Position numbers and translations under genes: made by a program
In this document: piece after piece, positions 1 through 9,780 of the stretch
Layout: each line of letters starts with the position of its first letter
Numbering within the stretch: position 1 is the stretch's first letter
Notes under the pieces: generated by a model
Told to the model about the DNA's origin: nothing
Databases searched by the model: none
What the model saw: the letters and a program-made list of their open reading frames with translations, nothing else
Source: Thermoanaerobaculia bacterium
GTDB lineage: Bacteria; Acidobacteriota; Thermoanaerobaculia; Multivoradales; Multivoraceae
NCBI GenBank assembly: GCA_963666565.1
Contig: OY762911.1
Span: 3,200,001 to 3,264,000, forward strand
Reading direction: 5' to 3'
DNA length: 64,000 nt

Positions 1-415
1 GACGGTCGAGCCGGGGGCGCGGTTCGGGTTCCGGTTCGGGCTCTGGCGGGGGCGGCTCGGGCGCCGGTTCGGGTTCCGGCTCGGGCTCTTCCGCCGCGAG
101 CGCCGGGATGTCCGGCGGCGGTTCCTCGGGCGGCGGCTCGGGTTCGGGCTCGGGGTCCGGCGCGGGTTCCTCCGCGGGCGGGGGAGGCGGGATCGGTTCC
201 GGCCGGAGGGTGGGCAGGCGGACGATCTCAAGCGGCTGTCGTTCCAGACGGGTGCGCTCGGCGAACAGTACGGGGCCGAAGAAGATCCCGCCGATCAGCG
301 CGGCGTGAAGGGCGGCGGACGCCGCCAGGCAGGGCCGGTGCACGCCCAGGCCGCGGCGCTCCCGGCTCGCGAGAGCCCGCTCGAGGGGCGGCGTCGAGTC
401 GTCCTGGTTCCGCAC
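1..415 (-). CDS. TolA/TonB-family energy transducer, N-terminal part (runs off the window edge)
   Basis: Not in the ORF track. Manual translation from GTG at 415 gives VRNQDD...CLAASAALHAALIGGIFFGPVLF...PEPEPEPPPEEPPP: a TM helix with the SxxxH motif, then a Pro/Glu-rich linker. It follows tolQ/tolR-like genes. Confidence 0.8.
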   Translation of the reverse strand, partial: MRNQDDSTPPLERALASRERRGLGVHRPCLAASAALHAALIGGIFFGPVLFAERTRLERQPLEIVRLPTLRPEPIPPPPPAEEPAPDPEPEPEPPPEEPPPDIPALAAEEPEPEPEPAPEPPPPEPEPEPEPRPRLDR

Positions 416-426
416 GGCTTCGGGCC

Positions 427-846
427 TCAATCCTCCGGCTGCACGACGAGGGATACGCGATGGATGTCCGCACGTTCCAGAACGTCGAGCACGTCGATGA
501 TTCTTCCGTACGGGACCTCCTCGTCGCCCTTGATGAACACGGCCTCGTAGTCGCGGAGCTCGAGCATCGGCAGCAGGCGTTCGACCAGCAGGGCGGTGGC
601 GACCGGTTCGTCCCGGATGTAGACGAGATCGTTCCGGGCGATCGTGAGGATCAGCGGATCCTCGTCGCGGATGGCCAGGGACGCCGGCGATTCCATCTCC
701 GGGAGCGTCACCTCCACGCCCTGGTGGAGCATCGGCGTCGCGATCATGAAGATGATCAGCAGGACGAGCATGACGTCCACCAGGGGCGTCACGTTGATGT
801 CGGCGAGGACCGAGTCGTCGCTGTCCGTGTCCTGGAAGAACGCCAA
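427..846 (-). CDS. tolR: ExbD/TolR biopolymer transport protein
   Basis: ADINVTPLVDVMLVLLIIFMI motif. Confidence 0.9.
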   Translation of the reverse strand: MAFFQDTDSDDSVLADINVTPLVDVMLVLLIIFMIATPMLHQGVEVTLPEMESPASLAIRDEDPLILTIARNDLVYIRDEPVATALLVERLLPMLELRDYEAVFIKGDEEVPYGRIIDVLDVLERADIHRVSLVVQPED

Positions 847-874
847 GGTCGTGTCGCTCCCTCCGGCGGCGGGT

Positions 875-1597
875 TCAGCCGAAGTTCCGTTCGGCCAGGT
901 TCAGGAACTCGAGGGTGAAGTCGTCCATTTCGGCGCGCAACTGGCGCAGCCGGGTGGCCAGGTAGTTGTAGCCCACCAGGGCCGGGATGGCGGCGACCAG
1001 GCCGGCGGCCGTGTTCACCAGCGCCTCGGCGATGCCGGGCGCCACCGCCGTGATCGTGGCCGTGCCGGAGGTTCCGATGTCGTTGAAGGCGATCATGATG
1101 CCCCACACTGTGCCGAACAGCCCGATGAAGGGGGCGGCCGCCGCCGTCGTCGCCAGCCAGGAGGTGTTGCGGGCCAGGACGCGGAGCTCGACGTTGGCCG
1201 CCCGGCGGAGCGTCCGCTCGAGTCCCATGAGCGACTGGAGACGCAGGCCTTCGTCGTCGCCGCGAGGCTCGCGCAGGGCCTTGATCTGGGTGTCGATCTC
1301 CAGGTAGCCGGCCTGAAAGAGGCCGACCAGGGAGGATGCCCGGTGGTCCGGCGCCGCCTTGCCGATGTCGCTGAACCGGGCGGCCTTGCGGAAGACGGCG
1401 AGGAAGCCCTCGTTCTGCCGGGCGGTGCGCCGGAACAGCAGCAGGCGCTGCAGCAGCACGTACCAGGACGAGAGCGACATCAGGATGAGAATCCCGAGGA
1501 CGATCTTCGCCACCGGCCCCGAGCGGAGAAAGAAGTGGATGACCGCGGAGTCGCCGCTGGCCATCAGGGTGGCGACGGGCATGGCGAAGACAGGCAC
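875..1597 (-). CDS. tolQ: MotA/TolQ/ExbB proton channel protein
   Basis: APFIGLFGTVWGIM and VAPGIAEALVNTAAGL motifs. Confidence 0.92.
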   Translation of the reverse strand: MPVFAMPVATLMASGDSAVIHFFLRSGPVAKIVLGILILMSLSSWYVLLQRLLLFRRTARQNEGFLAVFRKAARFSDIGKAAPDHRASSLVGLFQAGYLEIDTQIKALREPRGDDEGLRLQSLMGLERTLRRAANVELRVLARNTSWLATTAAAAPFIGLFGTVWGIMIAFNDIGTSGTATITAVAPGIAEALVNTAAGLVAAIPALVGYNYLATRLRQLRAEMDDFTLEFLNLAERNFG

Positions 1598-1804
1598 CGC
1601 CGGGGAAGTTACCAGAGAGATAGCCAGGCGTCTATAGCTTGGCGTTCCCGGCGGGGCCGGTCGGAGGCGTCCGCCGCGGCGCTATGCTCCCGCGCCTGAA
1701 GACGTCCGTGCTCGGCCTCGCGGATGCGGCGCAGGCGGACGATCGTGGTTCGGGCGGCACGCGCCGGAACCGGAACTCCTGGGGAAGTCGGTAGGGGAAG
1801 AGGG

Positions 1805-2620
1805 TTGAGGATCGGCGTCTGCATCAAACAGGTACCGGACTCGGACTCGCACCTGCGCATCGCGGACTCGGGAGAAGGGCTCGACGACAGCGGCCTGAAC
1901 TGGGTGATCTCGAGCTGCGACCTGTGCGCGCTGGAGGAGGCGCTGCTGCTGGCCGAAGCGGCGGAGTCGGCCGGCGGCGAACGGCCGGAGCTGGTCGCGT
2001 TCAGCCTGGGACCGGCGCGGGTAGAGGAGGCGCTGCGGAAGGCGCTGGCGCTGGGGGCGGACCGGGCCGTCCACCTGGCGGACGAGGCGTTTCTCGGCGG
2101 CGACGCGCTCACCGACGGACGCGCCCTGGGGGCGGCGCTGGCGCGGGAGCGTTGCGACCTCGTGCTGGCCGGCGCCCAGTCGGACGACCTGGGCCAGGCG
2201 GCGACGCCGGCGGTCGTCGCGGAGGTCCTGGGCTGCCCCTATGCCTGGCTGGTCATGGCGGTCGAACTGGAAGCCGGGGCCCGCTCGGCGCGGGTCGTCC
2301 GGGAACTGGAAGGCGGCATGAACGAGGCGCTCCGGCTGGAACTGCCGGCCGTGCTGGCGATTCAGGCGGGCATCAACAGGCCGCGTTTCGCTTCGCTGCG
2401 GGGCACGCTGCAGGCCCGCCGGAAGCCGCTCGACCGGGTGGAATGCGCGACGCTCGGCGTCGACGCGGACACGGTGGGCGCTTCGGGCGCGGGGACCCGA
2501 ACGGCGTCCGTCGCCTTTCCGCCAGCCGGCGCCGGCGGCGTCACGATCGAGGGCGCCGCGCCCGAGGCGGCGGCGCGGGAACTCGTCGCGCATCTCGAGC
2601 GCGAGGCGGTGTTGCCATGA
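1805..2620 (+). CDS. etfB: Electron transfer flavoprotein beta subunit
   Basis: IGVCIKQVPD, ALALGADRA, GAQSDD and INRPRFASL motifs. TTG start at 1805 inferred. Confidence 0.9.
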   Translation: MRIGVCIKQVPDSDSHLRIADSGEGLDDSGLNWVISSCDLCALEEALLLAEAAESAGGERPELVAFSLGPARVEEALRKALALGADRAVHLADEAFLGGDALTDGRALGAALARERCDLVLAGAQSDDLGQAATPAVVAEVLGCPYAWLVMAVELEAGARSARVVRELEGGMNEALRLELPAVLAIQAGINRPRFASLRGTLQARRKPLDRVECATLGVDADTVGASGAGTRTASVAFPPAGAGGVTIEGAAPEAAARELVAHLEREAVLP

Positions 2621-3591
2621 CCGGGCCTGGAGCCGGCGGCGAACCGTGCGGGGCCGGGCGTTCCGGCGTGCCGCCCGTCCTATGGCTCGTCGAGAGCGCG
2701 AGCGGCGGTCCGGGGACGCAGGAGGTGCGCGCCTGCGGGCGGGCGCTCGGCGGGGACGCCCGGGCGGCGCTGGTGGACGAGGAGCGGCTCGGGCCGTACT
2801 CGCCGGGGCTCTACGCAGAGGCGCTCAGGCGTTTGATCGTGGAGGAGGGCGGCGGTGGGGACGCAGGGACGCCTTGTGTGGTGCTCCTGCCGCATACCTA
2901 CCAGTCGGCCGAGTACGCGCCGCGGCTGGCGGCGCGGCTTGACGCGGCGTACGTCCCTTCGGTCGTCGCGGCGGCGGTCGACGAGGACGGCGGACTGCGC
3001 TTCCGGCGGCCCATCTTCCAGGCGAAGGTCCATGCCGAAGTCGTCCCGCGGCGGCCGTGCGTCGTGGCGACGGTGCAGATCGGCTCGTTCGACGGCGGCG
3101 AGGCGCCGGCGCCGGCCCGGGCGTTCGAGGTCGGTCGGCCGGCCGACAGCGAAGAGGGCCCGGAGCGGGAGATCCTGGGCCGCGAAGCGGCGGGCGCGGG
3201 CGGCGTCGACCTGGCGAGCGCGGAGCGGATCGTGACGGCCGGCCGCGGAGTCGGCGGCCCGGACGAGGTCTCCGTGGCGGCCGAGCTGGCGGCGGCGCTG
3301 GACGCCGAGCTCGGCGCCAGCCGGCCCGTCGTCGACAACGGCTGGCTGCCCCGCGCGCACCAGGTCGGCTCCAGCGGCCATGTCGTCGCCCCGAACCTCT
3401 ACGTGGCCCTGGGCGTGTCCGGCTCGATCCAGCATCTCATGGGCATGAGCGGCGCCCGCGTCGTCGTCGCCGTCAACAAGGACCCCGAGGCGCCCATCTT
3501 CAGCGTCGCGCACTACGGCGTCGTCGCGGACCTTCACGACGTGGCGCCGGCGCTGACGCGGCTGCTGGAGGCGCGACGCGGGTCGGCGTAG
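2617..3591 (+). CDS. etfA: Electron transfer flavoprotein alpha subunit
   Basis: GASRPVVDNGW, QVGSSG, LYVALGVSGSIQHLMGM and AVNKDPEAPIF motifs. ATGA overlap with etfB. Confidence 0.92.
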   Translation: MTGPGAGGEPCGAGRSGVPPVLWLVESASGGPGTQEVRACGRALGGDARAALVDEERLGPYSPGLYAEALRRLIVEEGGGGDAGTPCVVLLPHTYQSAEYAPRLAARLDAAYVPSVVAAAVDEDGGLRFRRPIFQAKVHAEVVPRRPCVVATVQIGSFDGGEAPAPARAFEVGRPADSEEGPEREILGREAAGAGGVDLASAERIVTAGRGVGGPDEVSVAAELAAALDAELGASRPVVDNGWLPRAHQVGSSGHVVAPNLYVALGVSGSIQHLMGMSGARVVVAVNKDPEAPIFSVAHYGVVADLHDVAPALTRLLEARRGSA

Positions 3592-4414
3592 CGGCCGTCA
3601 GCCGCCGCAACTCGAACAGAGCAAGGGACGCTGCGACGGTCGCGTTCAGGGACTCCACGGCGGCAGTCATGGGGATGGAGAGCAGGAGGTCGGCGCGGGC
3701 CAGGAGGGAGGCGGAAAGTCCCCGGCTCTCGCCGCCGACGGCGAGGACGATGGTGTCGGTGGGGGAGAAATCGGACGGAAGGGTCTCGTTGGCGAAGAGC
3801 CGGAACGTGGGTGGCGAGTCCCGGTCGGGAAGCTCGGGCGTCAGGGCAAGGCAGCGGACGCCGGACGGCAGCAGGTCTGCGTTCACGTCGGTCCACAGGG
3901 GAAGGCGAAGAAGACTGCCGGCGGAGGCCCGGAGCGTGCGGGGGTGGCCGGGCCGGACGGTTCCAGGGGAGAGGAGCATTGAGGCAGCGCCGGCGGCTTC
4001 CGCCGACCGCGCCATGGCGCCGAGGTTGCCGGGGTCCTGGATGCCGTCGGCGTAGAGGTGAAGGCCGGGGCCGAGCACCGGGGGCGCGTTCGCGGCTGAC
4101 TTCCAGGCGTCGGGCGGGTCGGCGATGGCGGCGATGCCCTGGGGGGCGTCGGCGTCGGCCTGTTCGCGGAGCCGTTCGGGTTCGATCGAGGCGGCGCGCA
4201 GGCCGGACTGGCGTTCGATGCGGCGGACGAGTTCGGCGTGCTGGGCCTGGAAGTCTGGCGTCGCCAGGAGGTGACGGAGGGACAGGCCGGCCTCGGCCGC
4301 GGCCGCGGTCAGGTGCGGACCCTCGAGCAGCAGGAGGTCGGCGTTCCTGCGGCCGTGGGCGCCGCGCAGCCGGCGGATCGTTCTGACCTGGGGATTGGTT
4401 CGGCTGCGGATCAT
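3500..4414 (-). CDS. TrmH/SpoU family RNA methyltransferase
   Basis: IQDPGNLGAMARSA, GGESRGLS and IPM...ESLNATVAA motifs. Confidence 0.9.
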   Translation of the reverse strand: MIRSRTNPQVRTIRRLRGAHGRRNADLLLLEGPHLTAAAAEAGLSLRHLLATPDFQAQHAELVRRIERQSGLRAASIEPERLREQADADAPQGIAAIADPPDAWKSAANAPPVLGPGLHLYADGIQDPGNLGAMARSAEAAGAASMLLSPGTVRPGHPRTLRASAGSLLRLPLWTDVNADLLPSGVRCLALTPELPDRDSPPTFRLFANETLPSDFSPTDTIVLAVGGESRGLSASLLARADLLLSIPMTAAVESLNATVAASLALFELRRLTAATPTRVAPPAAASAPAPRREGPRRRRSARR

Positions 4415-4576
4415 GCCCGGACGATGTTACGGGCGGGCGGCGCCTTGCGGCGGGCGCGTCGGCTATCTGGATGGCGGGCCGGCCCGGCGCGTGTCGACGC
4501 CCGGTGCCGGAGGCGGCGTGGAGTCGACGCGGCTCGTGAGAACTCGAAGGGCGAATCTTGCTAAGGTTCGCGCCCG

Positions 4577-5758
4577 ATGCCGAGAGCCGAAGGCGGAACG
4601 CGCCGGTTGTTCACATCCGAGTCCGTGACCGAGGGACATCCCGACAAGGTCGCGGACCAGATCTCGGACGCCGTCCTGGACGCGGCGCTGAGCCTCGATC
4701 CGGCGGCCCGGGTAGCGTGCGAGACGCTGGTGAGTACGGATTTGGTGCTGCTCGCGGGCGAGATCACGGTTCGTTCCGGCGGCGCCGGGATCGACTTCGA
4801 GGCGGTGGCACGGAAGACCGTCCGGGACATCGGCTACACGGACGCCGGGGTTGGATTCTCCGCCGACGACTGCGAGGTGCAGGTCCGGCTCGATCCCCAG
4901 TCTCCGGACATCGCCCTCGGGGTCGACACCGGCGGCGCGGGCGACCAGGGGCTGATGTTCGGCTACGCGTGCCGCGAAACCGCGGAGCTCATGCCGCTGC
5001 CCATCGTGCTGGCGCATCGCCTGACGCGACGCCTCGCCGATGCGCGGCGCGAAGGCGAGGCCGAGTGGCTGCGGCCGGACGGCAAGTCTCAGGTCACGGT
5101 GGAGTACGACCGGAACGGGGCGCCGTCGCGCGTTCACACCATCGTCGTTTCGACGCAGCATGCGCCGGGCGTCGACCTTGATGAGATTCGCGCCTTCGTC
5201 CGGGAACGCGTGGTCCGGCCGACGATGCCTGGCGACCTGTACAGCGAGGAGGGTGCGCGGGAGACGAAACTCCTCGTCAATCCGACCGGCCGGTTCGAGG
5301 TCGGCGGACCTCAGGGAGACTGCGGGCTCACCGGCCGCAAGATCATCGTCGACACCTACGGCGGCGTCGGCCACCACGGCGGCGGCGCGTTCTCGGGCAA
5401 GGACCCGACGAAGGTGGACCGGTCCGCGAGCTACATGGCGCGCTACGTGGCGAAGAACCTGGTCGCCGCCGGCATGGCCGATCGCCTGGAACTCCAACTG
5501 GCGTACGCCATCGGCGTAGCCAGGCCGGTCTCGGTCCACGTCGACTCCTTCGGCACCGCGGGCGAGGGACTGACGGACCGGCTGCTCGAGGAGATCGTGG
5601 CGAGCGAGTTCGCGCTCGAGCCGCTGGCGATCATCGAGGAGCTGGAGCTGCGCGAGCCCCGCTACCTCCGGACGGCGGCCTACGGGCACTTCGGCCGGTC
5701 GGAGTTTCCCTGGGAGCGCGTCGACCGGACGGCCGCGCTGCAGCGCGCCGTCGCCTGA
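4577..5758 (+). CDS. metK: S-adenosylmethionine synthetase
   Basis: [23 protein letters not shown] and [16 protein letters not shown] motifs. Confidence 0.98.
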   Translation: MPRAEGGTRRLFTSESVTEGHPDKVADQISDAVLDAALSLDPAARVACETLVSTDLVLLAGEITVRSGGAGIDFEAVARKTVRDIGYTDAGVGFSADDCEVQVRLDPQSPDIALGVDTGGAGDQGLMFGYACRETAELMPLPIVLAHRLTRRLADARREGEAEWLRPDGKSQVTVEYDRNGAPSRVHTIVVSTQHAPGVDLDEIRAFVRERVVRPTMPGDLYSEEGARETKLLVNPTGRFEVGGPQGDCGLTGRKIIVDTYGGVGHHGGGAFSGKDPTKVDRSASYMARYVAKNLVAAGMADRLELQLAYAIGVARPVSVHVDSFGTAGEGLTDRLLEEIVASEFALEPLAIIEELELREPRYLRTAAYGHFGRSEFPWERVDRTAALQRAVA

Positions 5759-5775
5759 CGCCCGCGCACCCAGCG

Positions 5776-8211
5776 TCAGGTGCGGACGCCGAGGAAGAGG
5801 TAGAGCGCCAGCGTCGCGAACAGCGCGTTCGGGCTCCACGCGGCGACCAGGGGCGGCAGGGCCTCGGACTGGCCCAGGGTGGTGAAGACGCCGATCACGG
5901 CGTAGTAGACGATTCCCAGGACGATCGAGATGCCGATGCCGTAAAGCGCGCCCTGGCGGCCGAGGCGGAAGGCGAAGGGCAGGGCGACGAGCGCCATGAC
6001 CAGGCTGACGACGGGCATCGCGGTCTTGTTGTGGAGCTGCATCTCCAGGTCCGGCACGTCGCTTCCCGCCGCCACGAGGTCGTCTATGTGCCGGCGGAGT
6101 TCCACGCGGTTCATCTGCTCGGCGTACTTGACTTCCGTGCTGAAGAACTCCGGCAGTTCCGGCAGGTCCACCGGCTGCGGACCCGCGAACCGCCGGCTGC
6201 TGGCGATGGACAGGCCGTCGAACTCCCGAACCCAGGCGTCTAGCAGTTGCCACCGGCCCTCGGCCCCCGCGTCGCCGGGGACGTAGCGGGCCGCGGCCGC
6301 GTACAGGCGCCGGGTGAGCCGGTGTTCGGCGTCGAACCGGAACACCTGGAGGCGCTGCAGCGTGGCGCGGTCCGCGTCGTAGTGCCGGTAGTTGTAGATG
6401 TAGCCGCCGCCTTCCTCGTCCTGGGCGAAGCGCCACTGCCGGTCGGCCCGGTGGTAGCTCCTGACCGGGCCGCCGCCGCCCTTGATCCGGTCCCTCAGTT
6501 CGACGACCTTCGCGTTGGAAGCCGGCAGCACCGCGTTCTCCAGGGCCGCGCTCAGCACGGCCACGCCGACGGCCGCGAACAGGGCCGGCGCCGCCAGCCG
6601 GAACAGGCTGAAGCCGAGGGCCTTGGCCGCGACGATCTCGTTGCGCTGCGACAGGAGGCCGAAGGTCACCAGGGTCGTGACGAGAACGAGGACGGGCGCG
6701 TTGTCGTAGAAGACCTGGAGCGACAGGTAGGGGTAGTACTCGAGGAAGACGCTGGTGGGAACCGCGTTCCGGAACATCTCGTCGACAAGCTGGGTGAAGT
6801 CGGAGACGATGAAGACCGCCAGGGCGGCGACGACCGTGACCGCGAGCACGCGGACGAACACGCCGAAGATGTACCGGTCCAGCGCGCCGGGGAAACGGAA
6901 GCTCGGGGGCTCCACCCGGACCTTCACCCGCGTCCGGGCGGGGGAGGTGGAGGAGGACAGCGACTGGGGCTGTGCCCGCGCCAGCCGGTGCTCGAGTGCC
7001 CGCCGCCTGCGCCCGCGCACCTCCCACCGGCGCCCGAGCCGGAGGAGGCGCCGCCAGAAGTGATCCCGCATGAAGCGGTCGACGACGCCGATCATCAGGC
7101 TCTTGTCCCGGTTGCGGCGCCACAGCAGGAAGGTGCCGAGCAGGCTCAGGACGATGTTCGGCGCCCACATGGCCAGCCACGGCGGCATCCGGCCGCCTGC
7201 CGCCGCTTCCTCGCCGTTGCCGAGCATCACGTAGTAGAAGAGGAAGATGCCGACGGATACGAGGAAGCCGGACGAGCGGCCGCCGCGGCGGTTTCTGAAG
7301 CCGAGGGGAATGCCGTAGAGGCCGAAGACCAGGCAGGCGACGGGGATCGCGAACTTCTTGTGGATCTCGACGAGCGCCTTGTTGCGCTCGGACTCGGTCC
7401 TCTCCGGCTCGGCGGCCCGCTCGATCAGCTCCGGGAGCGTCATCGAGCGGGAGTCCTTCGCCAGCACCAGGCGTTCCTCGTGGCGGAAGAGGCTGTCCTC
7501 GAGCGCGATGTTCGCGTCCCGGAGCCGCTGCACCTGGTAGTTGCCGGGATCGTCGGTGTCCACCTCGTGAACGTCGGCGAGGCCGAACCGCAGGACCGCC
7601 TGTCCCGTGGCCCGGTTCAGGTCGATCCGGCCGGTCTCGCCCACGATGATTTGCTGCTCCGGGCCCGGCACGGCGTCGGCGAGGAAGACGCCGCGCCACT
7701 CGTCCCCGTTCTCCGGCGTCTCGAAGACGTACAGGACGCGATCCTGAAGCTGCTCGTAGAACACCTTCGGCTTGACCTGCTGGCTGACGCTCCGCGTGAG
7801 GATGGAGAGCCGCAGTTCGCTGATCGCCTTGTTTCCCGCCGGGAGCGTCACGGTCGTCAGGTAGCCGGTCAGGCCGGCCAGGACCAGGCTCTGAAACAGG
7901 ATCGGCCGGTAGACGGCCCAAAGGCTGATGCCCGAGGCCCTCATCGCCACCAGCTCGCTGTCCGCCGCCAGCCGGCCGGTCGCGATCAGGATGGCGAACA
8001 GGAAGGCCATCGGGATCGTCAGGACGACGATGTGGGGAACGCTGTACGCCAGGAGCCGGAGCACCAGGGCCGCCTCCACGTTGCGGCCGATGATCATCTC
8101 CGCGTACTGGAAGAGCTCCTGCATGAGCGCCAGGAACGTGAACACGAGGAGCCCGAGAACGAGCGGACCCGTCGTCTCGCGGAGGATGTAGCGGTCGAGG
8201 AGGCGGTACAT
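5776..8211 (-). CDS. LptF/LptG fused LPS export permease
   Basis: Two YjgP/YjgQ-type halves, each starting LDRYI and containing the SELVAMRASGISL or NEIVAAKALGFSL motif. Confidence 0.9.
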   Translation of the reverse strand: MYRLLDRYILRETTGPLVLGLLVFTFLALMQELFQYAEMIIGRNVEAALVLRLLAYSVPHIVVLTIPMAFLFAILIATGRLAADSELVAMRASGISLWAVYRPILFQSLVLAGLTGYLTTVTLPAGNKAISELRLSILTRSVSQQVKPKVFYEQLQDRVLYVFETPENGDEWRGVFLADAVPGPEQQIIVGETGRIDLNRATGQAVLRFGLADVHEVDTDDPGNYQVQRLRDANIALEDSLFRHEERLVLAKDSRSMTLPELIERAAEPERTESERNKALVEIHKKFAIPVACLVFGLYGIPLGFRNRRGGRSSGFLVSVGIFLFYYVMLGNGEEAAAGGRMPPWLAMWAPNIVLSLLGTFLLWRRNRDKSLMIGVVDRFMRDHFWRRLLRLGRRWEVRGRRRRALEHRLARAQPQSLSSSTSPARTRVKVRVEPPSFRFPGALDRYIFGVFVRVLAVTVVAALAVFIVSDFTQLVDEMFRNAVPTSVFLEYYPYLSLQVFYDNAPVLVLVTTLVTFGLLSQRNEIVAAKALGFSLFRLAAPALFAAVGVAVLSAALENAVLPASNAKVVELRDRIKGGGGPVRSYHRADRQWRFAQDEEGGGYIYNYRHYDADRATLQRLQVFRFDAEHRLTRRLYAAAARYVPGDAGAEGRWQLLDAWVREFDGLSIASSRRFAGPQPVDLPELPEFFSTEVKYAEQMNRVELRRHIDDLVAAGSDVPDLEMQLHNKTAMPVVSLVMALVALPFAFRLGRQGALYGIGISIVLGIVYYAVIGVFTTLGQSEALPPLVAAWSPNALFATLALYLFLGVRT

Positions 8212-8289
8212 CGGCTTGACCGGCCGCCATTCTGACCCATCGCCGTAGCCGGTGCCCGATCGTGGGCTGAGTTTACATAATGGACATTA

Positions 8290-9189
8290 TCAGACCCCGC
8301 GCGCGCGACCGCGGCGGAGTTCGGCCAGGAGCTCCTCGACGGCCCGGATCAGGTCGTCCTCCTCGACGATCTCCTGCCGGAAGCTGAGCGACACGCTGAA
8401 CCGCTCGTCCGTGGACCGGAAGCGGAACACGTGCGGCTTCGGTTCGCCGCCGCCGGTTCCGGCCGCCGCCTTCGCCTCCTCGTCGCCGTCCGCCGGCGAC
8501 CGAAGCTGCCGGATCTCGGTGCGAACCTCCGCGCGCGTGAGGCCCCGCTCGGCGATCCGTTCCAGCATCCGGATCATGGCCGGCTCGTCGCCGAGCTTCA
8601 TCGTCTCCAGCAGGAGCGACTTGTTCGACGCGACGCCGAGCGCGACCGCCGCCGCGCGCGCGGCGGCGGGCATGCGGCACAGGCCGAGGGACTCCGTCAC
8701 GCTGACCCGGGACCGGCCGACCGCGACGGCGGCCTGCTCGTGCGTGTAGCCGTGCCGTTCCACCAGGGTCGACAGGCCGTCGGCTTCCTCGAACGGCGTC
8801 AGGTCGGCTCGCTGGAGGTTCTCGACCAGCGCGATCTCCAGCGCGTCCCGCGGCGAGACGTCCATCTCGATCAGCGGGATCTCCGCCATTCCGGCGCGCC
8901 GCGCGGCCTGGAAGCGGCGCTCCCCGGAGATGATCCGGTACCCGCGCCGAGGCGTCCCGTCCGCTTCCGGGCGGTCGATCGGTCGCGCCAGGATCGGTTC
9001 CAGGACGCCTCTCGCGCGAATCGAGGCGGTCAGTTCGTCGAGGCCGCCGAGTTCCCGCCGCGGCTGGTCCGGGTCCGGCTCTATCCGGTTCAGGGGGACC
9101 ATCCGGCCGACCGCGGCGCCGCCGGCGCGGCGGTTCTCTCCGGAGGCCTGCGAACCGCCCTGCCTGGTCTCGCCTTCCCGGATCGGCAT
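8290..9189 (-). CDS. ParB/Spo0J family protein
   Basis: PDQPRR, GVLEPIL, IISGERRFQAA and ALVENLQRADL motifs followed by an HTH. Confidence 0.9.
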   Translation of the reverse strand: MPIREGETRQGGSQASGENRRAGGAAVGRMVPLNRIEPDPDQPRRELGGLDELTASIRARGVLEPILARPIDRPEADGTPRRGYRIISGERRFQAARRAGMAEIPLIEMDVSPRDALEIALVENLQRADLTPFEEADGLSTLVERHGYTHEQAAVAVGRSRVSVTESLGLCRMPAAARAAAVALGVASNKSLLLETMKLGDEPAMIRMLERIAERGLTRAEVRTEIRQLRSPADGDEEAKAAAGTGGGEPKPHVFRFRSTDERFSVSLSFRQEIVEEDDLIRAVEELLAELRRGRARGV

Positions 9190-9198
9190 GGCCTCAGG

Positions 9199-9780
9199 CT
9201 ACATCTCGTACTTGCCCAGGGCCTTCGGGTCGAGGTCCTCCAGCCACTTCTTCATCTCCTTCTCGTCCGCTCCGGCCCTGGGCGTTCCGCCGGCGCCCTT
9301 GTCGGATTGCCGGACCCGGGCGAGGTTCGCGACGGACTGGCGGACGAAGAGGGGCGCTCCGGCGCGCAGCGCGAGGGCGATGGCGTCGCTCGGGCGGGCG
9401 TCCAGCAGGCGGTGTTCCCCGGTTCGCTCGACGAGTTCGACGACCGCGAGGAACGTGTTGCCCTCGATCGCCCGGACCACGACCTCGATGACCTCGGCGC
9501 CGACCAGGTCGAGCGCGTTCTTCAGCAGGTCGTGGGTCATCGGCCGGCCCGGATCCCGGCCCTCGATCGCGAGCTGGATGGCGCCGGCCTCGAAGATGCC
9601 GATCCAGATCGGGACGACGGAACTCTCCTCGGGCTCCTTCTCGTGCAGCCGCAGGATGACGATCGGCTGGTTCGAGTTCGGCTCCATCATCAGGCCGTGG
9701 ACCTCGGCCGGGATCTTCCGATCCTCGCTCTTGTCCCCGCTCGACCGCGCGCTGCCCTCTTCCGCCGCCATTCGCGTCAT
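9199..9780 (-). CDS. Bifunctional nuclease family protein (DUF151)
   Basis: VPIWIGIFEA, RPMTHDLL and DARPSDAIALALR motifs. ATGA overlap with miaB stop. Confidence 0.9.
   Translation of the reverse strand: MTRMAAEEGSARSSGDKSEDRKIPAEVHGLMMEPNSNQPIVILRLHEKEPEESSVVPIWIGIFEAGAIQLAIEGRDPGRPMTHDLLKNALDLVGAEVIEVVVRAIEGNTFLAVVELVERTGEHRLLDARPSDAIALALRAGAPLFVRQSVANLARVRQSDKGAGGTPRAGADEKEMKKWLEDLDPKALGKYEM

Noticed and set aside
3500-3591. Convergent 3' overlaps (trmH/etfA; also mscS/kinase at 54268-54319)
   Set aside because: These are low-complexity C-terminal extensions typical of stop-codon scarcity in high-GC genomes, with no sign of function.
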